Assembly (NCBI GenBank): GCA_019057795.1
Contig: JAHLWS010000078.1
Coordinates: forward strand, 96,001 to 160,000
Length of the DNA: 64,000 nt
Origin: Promethearchaeota archaeon
Lineage (GTDB): Archaea; Asgardarchaeota; Lokiarchaeia; Sigyniarchaeales; SOKP01
Direction: 5' to 3'
Shown here piece after piece: positions 51,300-61,598 of this stretch (position 1 is the first letter of the stretch; each line of letters opens with the position of its first letter). Position numbers and translations under genes: made by a program. Below the pieces are notes generated by a model, which did not search any database, was not told the DNA's origin, and saw only the letters and a program-made list of their open reading frames with translations.

Positions 51300-52309
51300 C
51301 TACTATTTTCTTCCAGTAATTCAATTACTTCATCGGGAAATTGTTCTCCTTTATTTTTCATGCGTTCAAACATGTCCTTAACTTCAGAAATCGTATTTCC
51401 ATAAATATGCAGAGAATTGCTAAAATCTAAGTAATGACCCATCCCTACGCCGAGCTGTTCAGCAACATATTTCTGAATTCGAATCATTCCATTTACATTT
51501 GCTTCCCACGCTCTAAATAAATCTCTGCTTCTCCAAGTTGTTTGCATTATTAATTTATCATCTTTCACTCGCATATAAATTCTCTGAAGACAGGGAGGGT
51601 CGATATGAAAGGGATCAACAAGTGGACGCCATGTAATTGCTTGAGCTCTGCGCGAATAAGGTTTTTCTTTCAATTTGTTAATTATATATTCAATTTGATC
51701 TATTTTTGGGAATTTAATTACTTCAATTGGTATCTTTTGAATTCCAACTTGCTCTGATATTTTTTTATTTAAATCGAAGTCAACAAGATTTTTCAATTTC
51801 CAAATTATTGATTCGCCAGATGTCTGGACCTTTTCTGACTTCAATAGTTTTTGGTGTTTTTTGACAAAGTCATTATCAACTAATTCTAAATCGTAATTAA
51901 CATGGATAGAATCCTCTAGGGAATAGGGAGAATAATTAAATATTCGATCGTGATAGGAATACGGAAAACTCGAGCCAGAATCCCAGATATAATGATCATT
52001 TACGCCCTCCATAATCTCTTCAATGTAACCACTTTGGATTGATCCGATTAAATAGGTATCTGCCATACAACCGTATACTTCAAAAGAGTTTCCATACTTT
52101 GATCTAATTTTCATTACTTTATCTTTACGCATAATCGGACTACTTATAGGATCTTTTATTTCTATTAATACAGTAGCATCTTTAGATGGAAGATCTTCTT
52201 GTTTATCGTACTCTGTTTTAATATCGTCACCGTTATATAAAACTTGAGCCACAGCTGAAAGCCACGCGTCTCGAACTGTTTTTTTGGAAATAAATATAAC
52301 TTGAGCCAT
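51296..52309 (-). CDS. thyA: Archaeal-type thymidylate synthase
   Basis: SRRA, DPPCLQ, WRSRD, SLHIY. Confidence 0.88.
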   Translation of the reverse strand: MAQVIFISKKTVRDAWLSAVAQVLYNGDDIKTEYDKQEDLPSKDATVLIEIKDPISSPIMRKDKVMKIRSKYGNSFEVYGCMADTYLIGSIQSGYIEEIMEGVNDHYIWDSGSSFPYSYHDRIFNYSPYSLEDSIHVNYDLELVDNDFVKKHQKLLKSEKVQTSGESIIWKLKNLVDFDLNKKISEQVGIQKIPIEVIKFPKIDQIEYIINKLKEKPYSRRAQAITWRPLVDPFHIDPPCLQRIYMRVKDDKLIMQTTWRSRDLFRAWEANVNGMIRIQKYVAEQLGVGMGHYLDFSNSLHIYGNTISEVKDMFERMKNKGEQFPDEVIELLEENSS

Positions 52310-52551
52310 AATTTTAAACCTCTAAACATTCACTTAACATGTTAATTTTTTAGTATTATAATTTTATTGTTAAAACTTTAACAAAATGATATTTTTGTTA
52401 TACTATATCAAAATTCGATTACATTCGATTACATTTATCGATTATACATAAATAAATAATAATTTTTTATTAAAAATTACCAACAATATTTTATATTCAA
52501 ACTTATTTAGTCTTCTAAAGAGATTATGAAATTATTGGAGAGATTGATAAG

Positions 52552-52845
52552 TTGATTTCTTTAAAATTTAGATTTGAACCTCCTTTTAACGAAATTACTA
52601 AGGGTACAAACCAAATTATTAATTTTGAGAATGAATTAACAATTAAAGAATTATTAGAATTTTTTAAAGAACATTTTGGCGAAAAATTCTACGAACTACT
52701 CTGGGATAAAAAAAAAAGGGACGAGTTTAGTTCCTTTCTTTCAATAATCATAAATGGTAGAAGTTATAGGGACGAAAATTTCTTAAAAACAGTTTTAAAA
52801 GATGGAGATGATATCTCTTTTTTGTATCTCTATTTTGGTGGATAA
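52552..52845 (+). CDS. MoaD/ThiS/SAMP ubiquitin-like protein
   Basis: IIINGR...LKDGDDISF...GG C-terminus. Confidence 0.85.
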   Translation: MISLKFRFEPPFNEITKGTNQIINFENELTIKELLEFFKEHFGEKFYELLWDKKKRDEFSSFLSIIINGRSYRDENFLKTVLKDGDDISFLYLYFGG

Positions 52846-52860
52846 ACTTATAAAGACTAG

Positions 52861-53892
52861 CTATAGTAATAAGATTATCCACATACCTAACCCTGTCAAT
52901 ATAGGATTTAAGATATTATCGGATATATGCTCTATAGAGAAGTCTACTAATAAAAACAAAATTACTGATACTAAAGCCATTATTAAGATTTTTATATAAC
53001 TTATAGGCATCCAGAAGTGGTATAAATTCATAACTATAAAGACAATTAAAAACGTAGTAATGCCTCCAGCGATAAAGCCTTCTATTGTTTTATTAGAATT
53101 TTTTTTAAGCCTGTGCGTCCCATATTTTTTACCAATTAAACATGCTACCGCGTCAGCTCCCGTAGTAATTAACGCAACAGATGCTAAAATAGGAAATGGT
53201 GCAAAAACGAAGGGTATTAAAGATAAAACTAAAGGAGTTGATGCTATAAAAGTATCAAGTTCGCTTGGCCTCATTGCTAACAGCCAACGCTTACCCCACT
53301 TAGGCAAAATATAAAATTTATTTAATCGAGATAAATCAGCAATTTGGAACATAATTACGAACCCCAAACCAAACGTGATTATTAACCAATAAGAAAAACT
53401 ATATTGGTCTAAATTTAATTGACTTAAAATGCCTAAATTATCAAGAATGGTTCCTAACGACCAAAAAAAAAAAATTATAAATGTTGTTAATAAATGTAAA
53501 AATTTTCTTCCAAATTCACTTTTAAAGTCATCAACCCACTTATCATTCACTTCTTTGCAATAAATACTATAATCTCTCTCTGCCATAATTTCAGGGTTTC
53601 TTTTTGAAATAATTGCATTATAAATCAAAAAAGCGCTCCAAATTCCCATTTCAATTAAAAAAAATGTAGATGTAAAAAACCACAAAAAGTTCAACGTGTT
53701 ATTTGCTAATTGAGGGGAATGAAATTGAATCATAAACGGAAATAGAATTCCCGCCATTAACAGCAGTAGAACTATTAATAGTTCGTTAAAAAACAAATGC
53801 TTTTGTATCTTCTCTCTTCTGTTCTTAAATACATAGATGAAAGTTATAATTGAATAACCAATAAAAATCAAAGAGGATGGTAAATAATACAT
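52861..53892 (-). CDS. CTP-dependent dolichol/phytol/diacylglycerol kinase family
   Basis: RKFLH, DAVACLIGKKYG, KTIEG, DN. Confidence 0.82.
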   Translation of the reverse strand: MYYLPSSLIFIGYSIITFIYVFKNRREKIQKHLFFNELLIVLLLLMAGILFPFMIQFHSPQLANNTLNFLWFFTSTFFLIEMGIWSAFLIYNAIISKRNPEIMAERDYSIYCKEVNDKWVDDFKSEFGRKFLHLLTTFIIFFFWSLGTILDNLGILSQLNLDQYSFSYWLIITFGLGFVIMFQIADLSRLNKFYILPKWGKRWLLAMRPSELDTFIASTPLVLSLIPFVFAPFPILASVALITTGADAVACLIGKKYGTHRLKKNSNKTIEGFIAGGITTFLIVFIVMNLYHFWMPISYIKILIMALVSVILFLLVDFSIEHISDNILNPILTGLGMWIILLL

Positions 53893-53984
53893 TTTTAATC
53901 ATTAAAGTCGAATAATTTAAATATTTTTACTTATTGTGTAAATTGATTAATCAGAAACCTTCCCGAAACTTCTTTTCAAGATCT

Positions 53985-55091
53985 TCAAATCCAATTCAAA
54001 ATAATTGTATAATAATCGAAATTAAAAAAAAACCTAATAAACAAATAGATAAGGCTACTTCCAATAGGGATCAATAAATTATCGGATATATCAATTGGCT
54101 TATTAGTGAAAATATCAAAAAGTAAGAATGCAAAGGTAAAAATAACCGCCCAAGGAATACCAATAAAAAAGAAGCATATTATAAAACAGGCAATAATTCC
54201 TGCTATTGAGCCTTCCCAAGATTTTTCTTTATTCCATCTAATTTTATTTTTCCCAAATCTTATACCGATTTGACTCGTTGCTAAATCCGCTATAGAACTT
54301 ATTCCTAAAATCGTTAAAAAAACCATAGGTGGAGTAATTAAGGCAGCAACCATCTGTCCTATTGCAAAATAGAGATAAGTACCATAACCCTTTTTCTCTT
54401 CTTCACTGAGTAAAATATTGCTGAGAAAGTTAAAGGGAAAAGCAAAGAATCTAACTTTTCGAGTTAGTTCGTTTGCTAATATGATAAAGCAAAAACCATA
54501 GAAAAAGAAAAATATAAGATAATAAAACCAACCTAAAGAAAATAAAACCTCACTAATACTATTTGGCTCAAATAATATTTGTATGAACAAACTAAACATA
54601 TTATTATCATCCGGAATCATCCCACTAATCGAACCAGAAAGGTTCATTACAAAACCAACGCCTAAATACCATACCACAAACAAACCTACAAAAATTAAAA
54701 CATGAGGGATTTTTCTGTATGTATCTCCCCTAAGTTTACTTCTATTACTTGTTTTTTCCTCTAACGAATTCCAAAATTTTGATAAATCTTTGTTTTTAAA
54801 AACAAGCTTAAACAAAAATAAAATACCAGTCGATATAAAAACTATCGCACCAATTATAAGCAAGGGGAGCCCTAACGCAAGAGAGAAAATTGGTAATGTG
54901 TCAGAATAAAGCGTTGTGTCTTGAAGCATTAGTAATTCTATAATTATAATAATAATAAAAGTCAAAAACAAGGCGCCAAACCCAAAAAAATTGTTAAAAA
55001 CTTCCTTTTTATACGAAAAATGTATGTAACTAAATAATATGATGATGTAAGAACATAAGTTTAATAGAAACCAAAATAAAAATTCTACCAT
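53985..55091 (-). CDS. CTP-dependent dolichol/phytol/diacylglycerol kinase family
   Basis: RKIPH, KSWEGS, SDNLLIP. Confidence 0.82.
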   Translation of the reverse strand: MVEFLFWFLLNLCSYIIILFSYIHFSYKKEVFNNFFGFGALFLTFIIIIIIELLMLQDTTLYSDTLPIFSLALGLPLLIIGAIVFISTGILFLFKLVFKNKDLSKFWNSLEEKTSNRSKLRGDTYRKIPHVLIFVGLFVVWYLGVGFVMNLSGSISGMIPDDNNMFSLFIQILFEPNSISEVLFSLGWFYYLIFFFFYGFCFIILANELTRKVRFFAFPFNFLSNILLSEEEKKGYGTYLYFAIGQMVAALITPPMVFLTILGISSIADLATSQIGIRFGKNKIRWNKEKSWEGSIAGIIACFIICFFFIGIPWAVIFTFAFLLFDIFTNKPIDISDNLLIPIGSSLIYLFIRFFFNFDYYTIILNWI

Positions 55092-55175
55092 ATTTAGTTC
55101 AAATTTAATTAATTAATTCCTAATATTAAATATAGGGGTTTTATTCTTTAATTAAGGTTATTTACATCAGTAAAA

Positions 55176-55778
55176 ATGAAAAAAATTATACTCGCATCAA
55201 AGTCTATCGATCGAAAAAAAACATTCAACCGTTTAAACATTCCGTTTGAAACTATAATTACGGATATAGACGAAGGATATTACAAAGGAATATTTTCAAA
55301 TCCAGTTGAATTAGTTAAAGAAATAGCTAAAGCCAAGGCGTTAAAAGCTAAAGATTTGTTAAAAAATAAAAATATGGAAGCGATAATAATTGCTGCTGAT
55401 ACAATTGTGGAATTTAAAGGTAAAATCATAGGAAAAGCGAAAAATAAAGCTCAAGCATTTCAAATATTGAAATCCTTAATTAATCGCTCTCATAACCTAA
55501 TTACAGGCGTGGCAATAACGGAGTTAAACGACCCAAAAGTCGTGGTTGATTACGATTGTACTATTGTTACTTTTTTAGATATTTCTGATAATGAAATTCG
55601 GAATTACCTTAATACCGAGGAATGGAAAGGTAGAGCGGGCGCATATTCAATTAGAGATAGAGCAAGTTTATTTATCAAGGAAATTCGAGGATCCCCCTCA
55701 AATGTTATTGGTTTACCAATGCAAAAAATATTTGAAATTTTAAAAAAAGATTTTGGCTTGAATTTATTTGATACTTAG
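55176..55778 (+). CDS. maf: Maf nucleoside triphosphate pyrophosphatase
   Basis: ILASKS, AADTIV, AGAY, NVIGLP. Confidence 0.92.
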   Translation: MKKIILASKSIDRKKTFNRLNIPFETIITDIDEGYYKGIFSNPVELVKEIAKAKALKAKDLLKNKNMEAIIIAADTIVEFKGKIIGKAKNKAQAFQILKSLINRSHNLITGVAITELNDPKVVVDYDCTIVTFLDISDNEIRNYLNTEEWKGRAGAYSIRDRASLFIKEIRGSPSNVIGLPMQKIFEILKKDFGLNLFDT

Positions 55779-56189
55779 TTAAATTCGGGATAGATATAAT
55801 AAAAAGATATATTTCTTAATTTTCTGAAATTTCTTTCCACATTTTTAAATTTTCATAGAATTTTAACATTCTCTTAAGTCTACTAATCATTTCTTCATAG
55901 TAATCAAGATCAGCGTACTGATTTTTAACCAATTTATTGGCTAAAGCTAAATTGTTTTTATATTGTAGTATTTTATCCTCAATCACATACCTTTTTCGAA
56001 TGGCTTTTTATTTAAAATAAAAAAATATCTGTATATTATCACGGTAGTTTTGAATCTAAAAAAATAATGAATAAATATCAAAAATCTACCTTAAATTAAC
56101 ATAATTGATATTTCTGAAATGAAAATATTAAATGCTTTTATAGATTAATTTCTTTATAAAAAAATTACTACTTTAAAAAATGATGTAAA

Positions 56190-56534
56190 ATGACTAAACA
56201 CTACAAAAATGAACAAATAATGAAAATTTTAACGGTACTAGGAGCAATAGTAGGACTGGTATATATTATTAATGGTTTTGCTGGCTTAGCTGGAATGAGT
56301 TTTTTACCCATCATAGTCGACATTCAGCTTCTAGATAGAATAATCAGTTTAATTATTGGACTCGTAATTGTTATTTTAACATTTCTAGTAGCTTTAAAAC
56401 CAAATCAACCACTTCCGTTTCATTGGCTTGTATTAATAATCCTTGCGATATTGCTGGTGCTTTTTAGTGCGGGAATTTGGGCTTGTGTACTTGTAATAAT
56501 CGCGGCACTAATTGGTTTAATTGAAGAATTATAA
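56190..56534 (+). CDS. Small membrane protein
   Basis: 114 aa, strongly hydrophobic. Confidence 0.7.
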   Translation: MTKHYKNEQIMKILTVLGAIVGLVYIINGFAGLAGMSFLPIIVDIQLLDRIISLIIGLVIVILTFLVALKPNQPLPFHWLVLIILAILLVLFSAGIWACVLVIIAALIGLIEEL

Positions 56535-56581
56535 TTTTTTATTTTTTAAAATCAATTTTTTTTTGATTTACTACATGTAGG

Positions 56582-57451
56582 CTAGATACATGCATTTTTT
56601 AGGAAATACGATACGATTTCTTCTGCAAGGTTGATATCCGTTACTTTTTGCAGGGCGGTGAACCCTGGAATTGAATTTACTTCCAAAATTAATAAACCCT
56701 TTTCGCTTTCAACGATATCAACACCAGCAATTTCTGTTTTTGTAATTTTTGCTGCTTTTATTGCTAGCGTTTTTAACTCTTCTGTGAGTTCTAATGGCTC
56801 CATTCTTGCGCCTGCATGAATATTAGTTTTCCAATTATCACTTACTCTATACATTCCAGCTATAGCTTTATCACCTAAAACTAAAATTCGGATATCTCGA
56901 TTGTAATGTTCGATAAATTCTTGAATATAAAATACCTGGTTTAGTTGACTTAGAGTAAATATAACATTCTCTGCAAAGCCTTTATCGTTTATTCTGGTAA
57001 TTCCAACGCCTTTCGAACCATATAACGGTTTTAGTACGATATCTCCTCCAAACGCCTCAAATGCCTCTATGGCATCGTTGGGATTTTCGCAAATAATCGT
57101 TTTTGGAGTAGGGATGTTATGCCGATCTAAATAAATTGATGTTAAAAACTTATCACTAGCTATTTCTAGTGATTCTCGAGAGTTTATTAATTTAAGACCA
57201 TATTCCTCCATAGCGTTTAGTAGATCAAGCCTAAAAAAGATCTTTTGAGTAGCAGCAGCTCCAAAACCTCTTACAAGAGCGCCATATGGATCGAGCTTTT
57301 CAAATTGTTCTTGAAATTGCTTATTGTCTATTTTAACTTTTACTTTTGATGGAACGAAATATTTAACCTTATATCCTCTTTTTTCAAATTCTTTAGATAA
57401 AATTTGAACTTCAGGATCTTCCGGCTTTGGAGTAATTATCATGGAATACAC
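56582..57451 (-). CDS. RimK-family ATP-grasp glutamate ligase (MptN/CofF-like)
   Basis: KPLYGSKG, QEFI, DIR, WKTN, EVNSIPG. Confidence 0.9.
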   Translation of the reverse strand: MYSMIITPKPEDPEVQILSKEFEKRGYKVKYFVPSKVKVKIDNKQFQEQFEKLDPYGALVRGFGAAATQKIFFRLDLLNAMEEYGLKLINSRESLEIASDKFLTSIYLDRHNIPTPKTIICENPNDAIEAFEAFGGDIVLKPLYGSKGVGITRINDKGFAENVIFTLSQLNQVFYIQEFIEHYNRDIRILVLGDKAIAGMYRVSDNWKTNIHAGARMEPLELTEELKTLAIKAAKITKTEIAGVDIVESEKGLLILEVNSIPGFTALQKVTDINLAEEIVSYFLKNACI

Positions 57452-57525
57452 ATTTTATTACCTCTTAAAAAATTACTTAAATCAACTGACACTAAATAAA
57501 TAAATTTAAGTTCTTATATATATAT

Positions 57526-58128
57526 ATGAAGTCAATGGATTCGAAAGACGCAGAAAACGAAACGGAAAAATTAACAAAAGTACTTTCTATTGTTCAAAAT
57601 CTTTACTATAAGAAGAAGGAACAATTAGACGATTTAAAATTAGAAATCTCTGAATTACACATCGTTTTAGATTATTTAAACTCATTGATTTCAAAGCAAT
57701 CGTTTTCAAGTGCAGATGAAATTTATTCGAAGCTTTTAAATCGTGAAGAGAAAACGATTGATGATTATTTTAAAAAAGATATTTCACAGGAAGATTTTAA
57801 TGGAACTAACATTAAAAGAAAAATTTTCTCGAGCAAAAATCAGAATGAAGAAGATTTATTATGTGTGCTTAACCTCTACGACTTTAAAAGAGTTGAGATA
57901 AAATTTATTGATCCTGAAAAAAGGGAGATACAAGAAACTTCAGAGAATTTTATTAACATTTTTCTCAAGGGGGCACTTATTAAAATAAAAGAAAATAACC
58001 CTAATTTGAGCATTAATTACAATTTTTTCAAAAATTCCGATAAAGTTGAATATATTCACATATCTAATTTAAGTTCAATTGAAGACTATGATTTGATAAC
58101 GGACAAAATCCGCGAATTATTATATTAA
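57526..58128 (+). CDS. Hypothetical protein; host gene of the module insertion
   Basis: 200 aa; its 3' end recurs in diverged form at about 61325-61417. Confidence 0.75.
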   Translation: MKSMDSKDAENETEKLTKVLSIVQNLYYKKKEQLDDLKLEISELHIVLDYLNSLISKQSFSSADEIYSKLLNREEKTIDDYFKKDISQEDFNGTNIKRKIFSSKNQNEEDLLCVLNLYDFKRVEIKFIDPEKREIQETSENFINIFLKGALIKIKENNPNLSINYNFFKNSDKVEYIHISNLSSIEDYDLITDKIRELLY

Positions 58129-58171
58129 GATATTATATTGATTAATTAAAATACAAAGAATTAATTATACA
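58127..58171. repeat. Direct repeat, left copy
   Basis: AAGATATTATATTGATTAATTAAAATACAAAGAATTAATTATACA; recurs at 61469-61510 and 61520-61554. Confidence 0.9.
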
Positions 58172-58254
58172 AATTTTCATCATTGAATCTTTTTTTTTTG
58201 TTCTTTATAAATAACTGTGATAATTGTCTAGTAAATAATTTAAAACAATAAATT

Positions 58255-58869
58255 ATGACGGACAATATTGAAGAACATTATATTGAATCAGAATATGAAG
58301 AAATTTTTAATGATTGGTATGAAATTGAGGGCGCAAGAAAAATAAAAGAACTTTCACGCCAACTCCGAACTTTTTTCAATTACAAGACAGAATTAATAAG
58401 ATATCGATTTCGATCCAGTCCAAATCTTGCCGAAAATTATACAAATAATAAATTTTTTGCTCAAAAACAAAAGATTGAATCATTATCTGATGAATTTATA
58501 ACCCTTTTAAAAAAAATTAAGAAACATAGACAATCCCTTGAACAAGTAATTCGTTCTCTATTTTTTAATAATAATAAAACAGTATTAAACAAACTTTCAG
58601 AAATCACAGAGAAGTTGTCCATTCTACTCCACTATTTCTCAGAGGAATGCATTCATGATCATCCAAGATTCCTCAAATTCATCGTTGTATTAGCACAAAA
58701 CATTTGTTTGGTGAAAATGTGCTTGTATGCTGAATTCAGCGAATTTTATGGGGAACTTGAAGTTAACTACAATGGTTTAAATGGAGAAATGGAGATAATA
58801 TTAGAAGAAACGCTAGGAGATAAAATTAAAAAAACAAAAAATCAACTTGAGGAGAGATTGAGGATATGA
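58255..58869 (+). CDS. Partner protein A of two-gene nuclease module (copy 2)
   Basis: Homologous to 26325-26996; ATGA overlap. Confidence 0.8.
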   Translation: MTDNIEEHYIESEYEEIFNDWYEIEGARKIKELSRQLRTFFNYKTELIRYRFRSSPNLAENYTNNKFFAQKQKIESLSDEFITLLKKIKKHRQSLEQVIRSLFFNNNKTVLNKLSEITEKLSILLHYFSEECIHDHPRFLKFIVVLAQNICLVKMCLYAEFSEFYGELEVNYNGLNGEMEIILEETLGDKIKKTKNQLEERLRI

Positions 58870-61283
58870 AGGCATACACAAATGTATCACGGAAAACAGT
58901 GGAAGAGGATCGAGTAGCAGTCTGCCCAAATTTTGGGTGTGAGTTTATGACACGAGTTAAACCACTTAAGTTAAAGTTCTTAGGTTTTAGTAAGCATCCT
59001 AAATGCAAGAAACATCACATCCCTTTAGTTTACATAGATGAAAGGATCGGGGATTTCGTGGATGCTGCATTAGTATGCTTGTTTGATAAAGCAGGACTCC
59101 CACCACGTGAATTACTCGAGGGAGTAAAATCAAAATTCCCCAATGAAATTACCTCGTTTATAGAAGGATGGGTGTATAGCATCACGGTTGGAAGGGGAGC
59201 TCCCATTGTATCACGTTACATGGATGCCGTTTCGAATGCATATCTCAAGCAATTAACCAAAAAACAGATAAAATCATTGAAAAAAGGAAATAATTCAAAA
59301 CCAAATCTCGTGAAAAAAGCAATTAAGGATGGTCTGGATGAAATTGCACTTCAATATACAAGACTACTTAAGCATCTTAGAGCCCATTCCGAGATCCTCA
59401 TTGATCATCAAAGACTTAAATCACTTTCAAGAAGTCTCCAAAATTATTTGAATGATTGGCATAAGGATATTTTAAAGTATAATGAAATCATAATTTTCTC
59501 AGAAAATAAGCAAGAAATGACTTTAAAAGATATCAAGTGCAAATATGATCAAATTCTTAATGTTGGCACCTGTCGATGCCTTCTTGGATTAAATCCAGAA
59601 AGTAAAAAAATTAAGAAAACAAAATTAACTGCGTTTGATCGGTTTTCCGCTTATATAGAATTTTTTTCTGAAAGTATTACTGAAAAATTTACTAAGTCCG
59701 ATATTAAAGGACTTAACTCAGATATTAATCCAATTAAAAAGTCAATAAAAAAAATGAAATCGTACGATAATTTTGAAAGTGGTAATAGTCAAAAGATTAA
59801 GGAATATTTAAAAAATCTTGATTGGGAGAATTTAACTAACAATTGGACATTATTACATAGAGAACATCATACACATCCTTACAAGGAAATTCTGCTTGAT
59901 CCTCATAAAGATCCTTCCAATGAAAATCCTTTATGGAAACACGAAATTTGGTTGAAGCGAGTTTATGCTGATGAAAATTATAATTTTTCAGATAGTCTTA
60001 TTTCTCGAATCACTGGTATTGCTCGCGACACAGTCAGAAAATACCGTAGGAAATTTAATATTAGCAATGGCTACTACAACACGACTCAAAAACCAAAACT
60101 TAGTAAAGAATTGATTGAGAAAAGGGAGAAAATTCGCAATTTTAATTGGAACATTAATATTGATTGGATGATACCCGTCGGGATTCATGGAGATTTGTCA
60201 ATTCTTAACCCAAACAAATATTGTAGTTTTGATAATCCTTTATACAAGCATAAGCTATGGTTAAAAAGAGTCTACGAAGATGAAGAGCTTGATTTGAATG
60301 GAGTTGAGATTGCCAAAATATGCAGTCTTAAAGATCAGAAACCTATTAGTTATTGGAGAAAAAGATTAGGGATACCTAAAAAAAGAAAAGGTATTTTTCT
60401 AAATAAGTCAGGACATAAGTTGGTTCTCACTCCAAATTCCTATATACACCCTCAGCGTGGTAGACTCTATCAACGTGCTGAACATACACTAATCATGGAA
60501 AGATATTTAAATAAAAATCTATCAAGACGCCAATTAGCAACACATCCGGATTTGATTCAGGGATGGTTAGGAGAAGAGGAGTATTTTTATATAAAAAAAG
60601 ATTGTCATGTTCACCATATCAATTTTGTAGGTTTAGATAATAGAATCGAGAATCTTTGGTTATTTTCAAGTAATCGCGCACATGGATTAGTGGTTAATGA
60701 GCTACATCAATGCCTTTCAATTTTGATTAAGTTACATCAAATATTTTTTAAAGAGGGCATGTATTTTCTAAATGAAGATTTTGATTGTCTTCAGTTAGAA
60801 AGAGATGATATTCGGAGTAAGTTAAATCTTAATATTGTAATAAACCACTCTCTCTCTCGATTTTATGATAAGCGAAGAAATTCTTTTAGTGTAGCGATGT
60901 CTGCCTCCTATAACAATCCCTTTATTTCTCCAAAAAAAGGAATTGATTATGTTTATATGTATGAACATAGATATATCATCGAGCAATATTTTAGGACGCT
61001 TTTAAGAAAAGAGACTATATTACTAGAGGAGCACATTGATTATCAAAAAGCTCAAGAATTCATAAATCCACAAGGGTTTTTAAAACCCGATGCTATCGTG
61101 CACCATGTAAATTTCGATTCTCGAGATAATCGGTTATTAAATTTATATGTGTGTGAAATTTCTGAACATAGGCTTGTTCATGGATTAATTTACCAATTAG
61201 TCGAAAGATTACTTGATATGGGATTGATATATTTCAGTAATGGGAAATATTTTTTGGATAACACTTTGACTAATAAAATGTGA
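58866..61283 (+). CDS. Module protein B (copy 2): conserved N-terminal domain, two NPL..H..W/HTH repeats, two HNH endonuclease domains
   Basis: First ~280 aa align with 26993-29821; HHINF..LDNRIENL and HHVNF..RDNRLLNL. Confidence 0.85.
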   Translation: MKAYTNVSRKTVEEDRVAVCPNFGCEFMTRVKPLKLKFLGFSKHPKCKKHHIPLVYIDERIGDFVDAALVCLFDKAGLPPRELLEGVKSKFPNEITSFIEGWVYSITVGRGAPIVSRYMDAVSNAYLKQLTKKQIKSLKKGNNSKPNLVKKAIKDGLDEIALQYTRLLKHLRAHSEILIDHQRLKSLSRSLQNYLNDWHKDILKYNEIIIFSENKQEMTLKDIKCKYDQILNVGTCRCLLGLNPESKKIKKTKLTAFDRFSAYIEFFSESITEKFTKSDIKGLNSDINPIKKSIKKMKSYDNFESGNSQKIKEYLKNLDWENLTNNWTLLHREHHTHPYKEILLDPHKDPSNENPLWKHEIWLKRVYADENYNFSDSLISRITGIARDTVRKYRRKFNISNGYYNTTQKPKLSKELIEKREKIRNFNWNINIDWMIPVGIHGDLSILNPNKYCSFDNPLYKHKLWLKRVYEDEELDLNGVEIAKICSLKDQKPISYWRKRLGIPKKRKGIFLNKSGHKLVLTPNSYIHPQRGRLYQRAEHTLIMERYLNKNLSRRQLATHPDLIQGWLGEEEYFYIKKDCHVHHINFVGLDNRIENLWLFSSNRAHGLVVNELHQCLSILIKLHQIFFKEGMYFLNEDFDCLQLERDDIRSKLNLNIVINHSLSRFYDKRRNSFSVAMSASYNNPFISPKKGIDYVYMYEHRYIIEQYFRTLLRKETILLEEHIDYQKAQEFINPQGFLKPDAIVHHVNFDSRDNRLLNLYVCEISEHRLVHGLIYQLVERLLDMGLIYFSNGKYFLDNTLTNKM

Positions 61284-61324
61284 TTTCTTATTTCTATCAT
61301 CACATTGGATTAATATTTTAATTA

Positions 61325-61417
61325 ATCGAATACAATACTATTTCTAATTTAAGCGCTATCGAAGATTACGATTTAATAACCGCATAAATACGAGAATTAT
61401 TAACTCGTGAGATGTAA
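61325..61417 (+). pseudogene. Displaced 3' end of the 200-aa gene
   Basis: IEYNTISNLSAIEDYDLITA*IRELLTREM* versus VEYIHISNLSSIEDYDLITDKIRELLY*. Confidence 0.88.
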
Positions 61418-61468
61418 TCCATCTATAAAATGCGGATTAGATAAAGTTTGAATAGTATGTATTATATA

Positions 61469-61554
61469 AAGATATTATATTGATTCATTAAAATACAAAG
61501 AATTAATTATTTAAATTTAATTGATTAATTAAAATACAAAGAATTAATTATACA
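61469..61554. repeat. Direct repeat, two right copies
   Basis: Near-exact matches to 58127-58171. Confidence 0.9.
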
Positions 61555-61598
61555 GAGTTTTATATTATTTTTAATTAAAAATTTGGAGCGTATGAACA

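Noticed and set aside
58127-61554. Repeats as a CRISPR array
   Set aside because: Only three irregularly spaced copies, no unique spacers of regular length, no cas genes.
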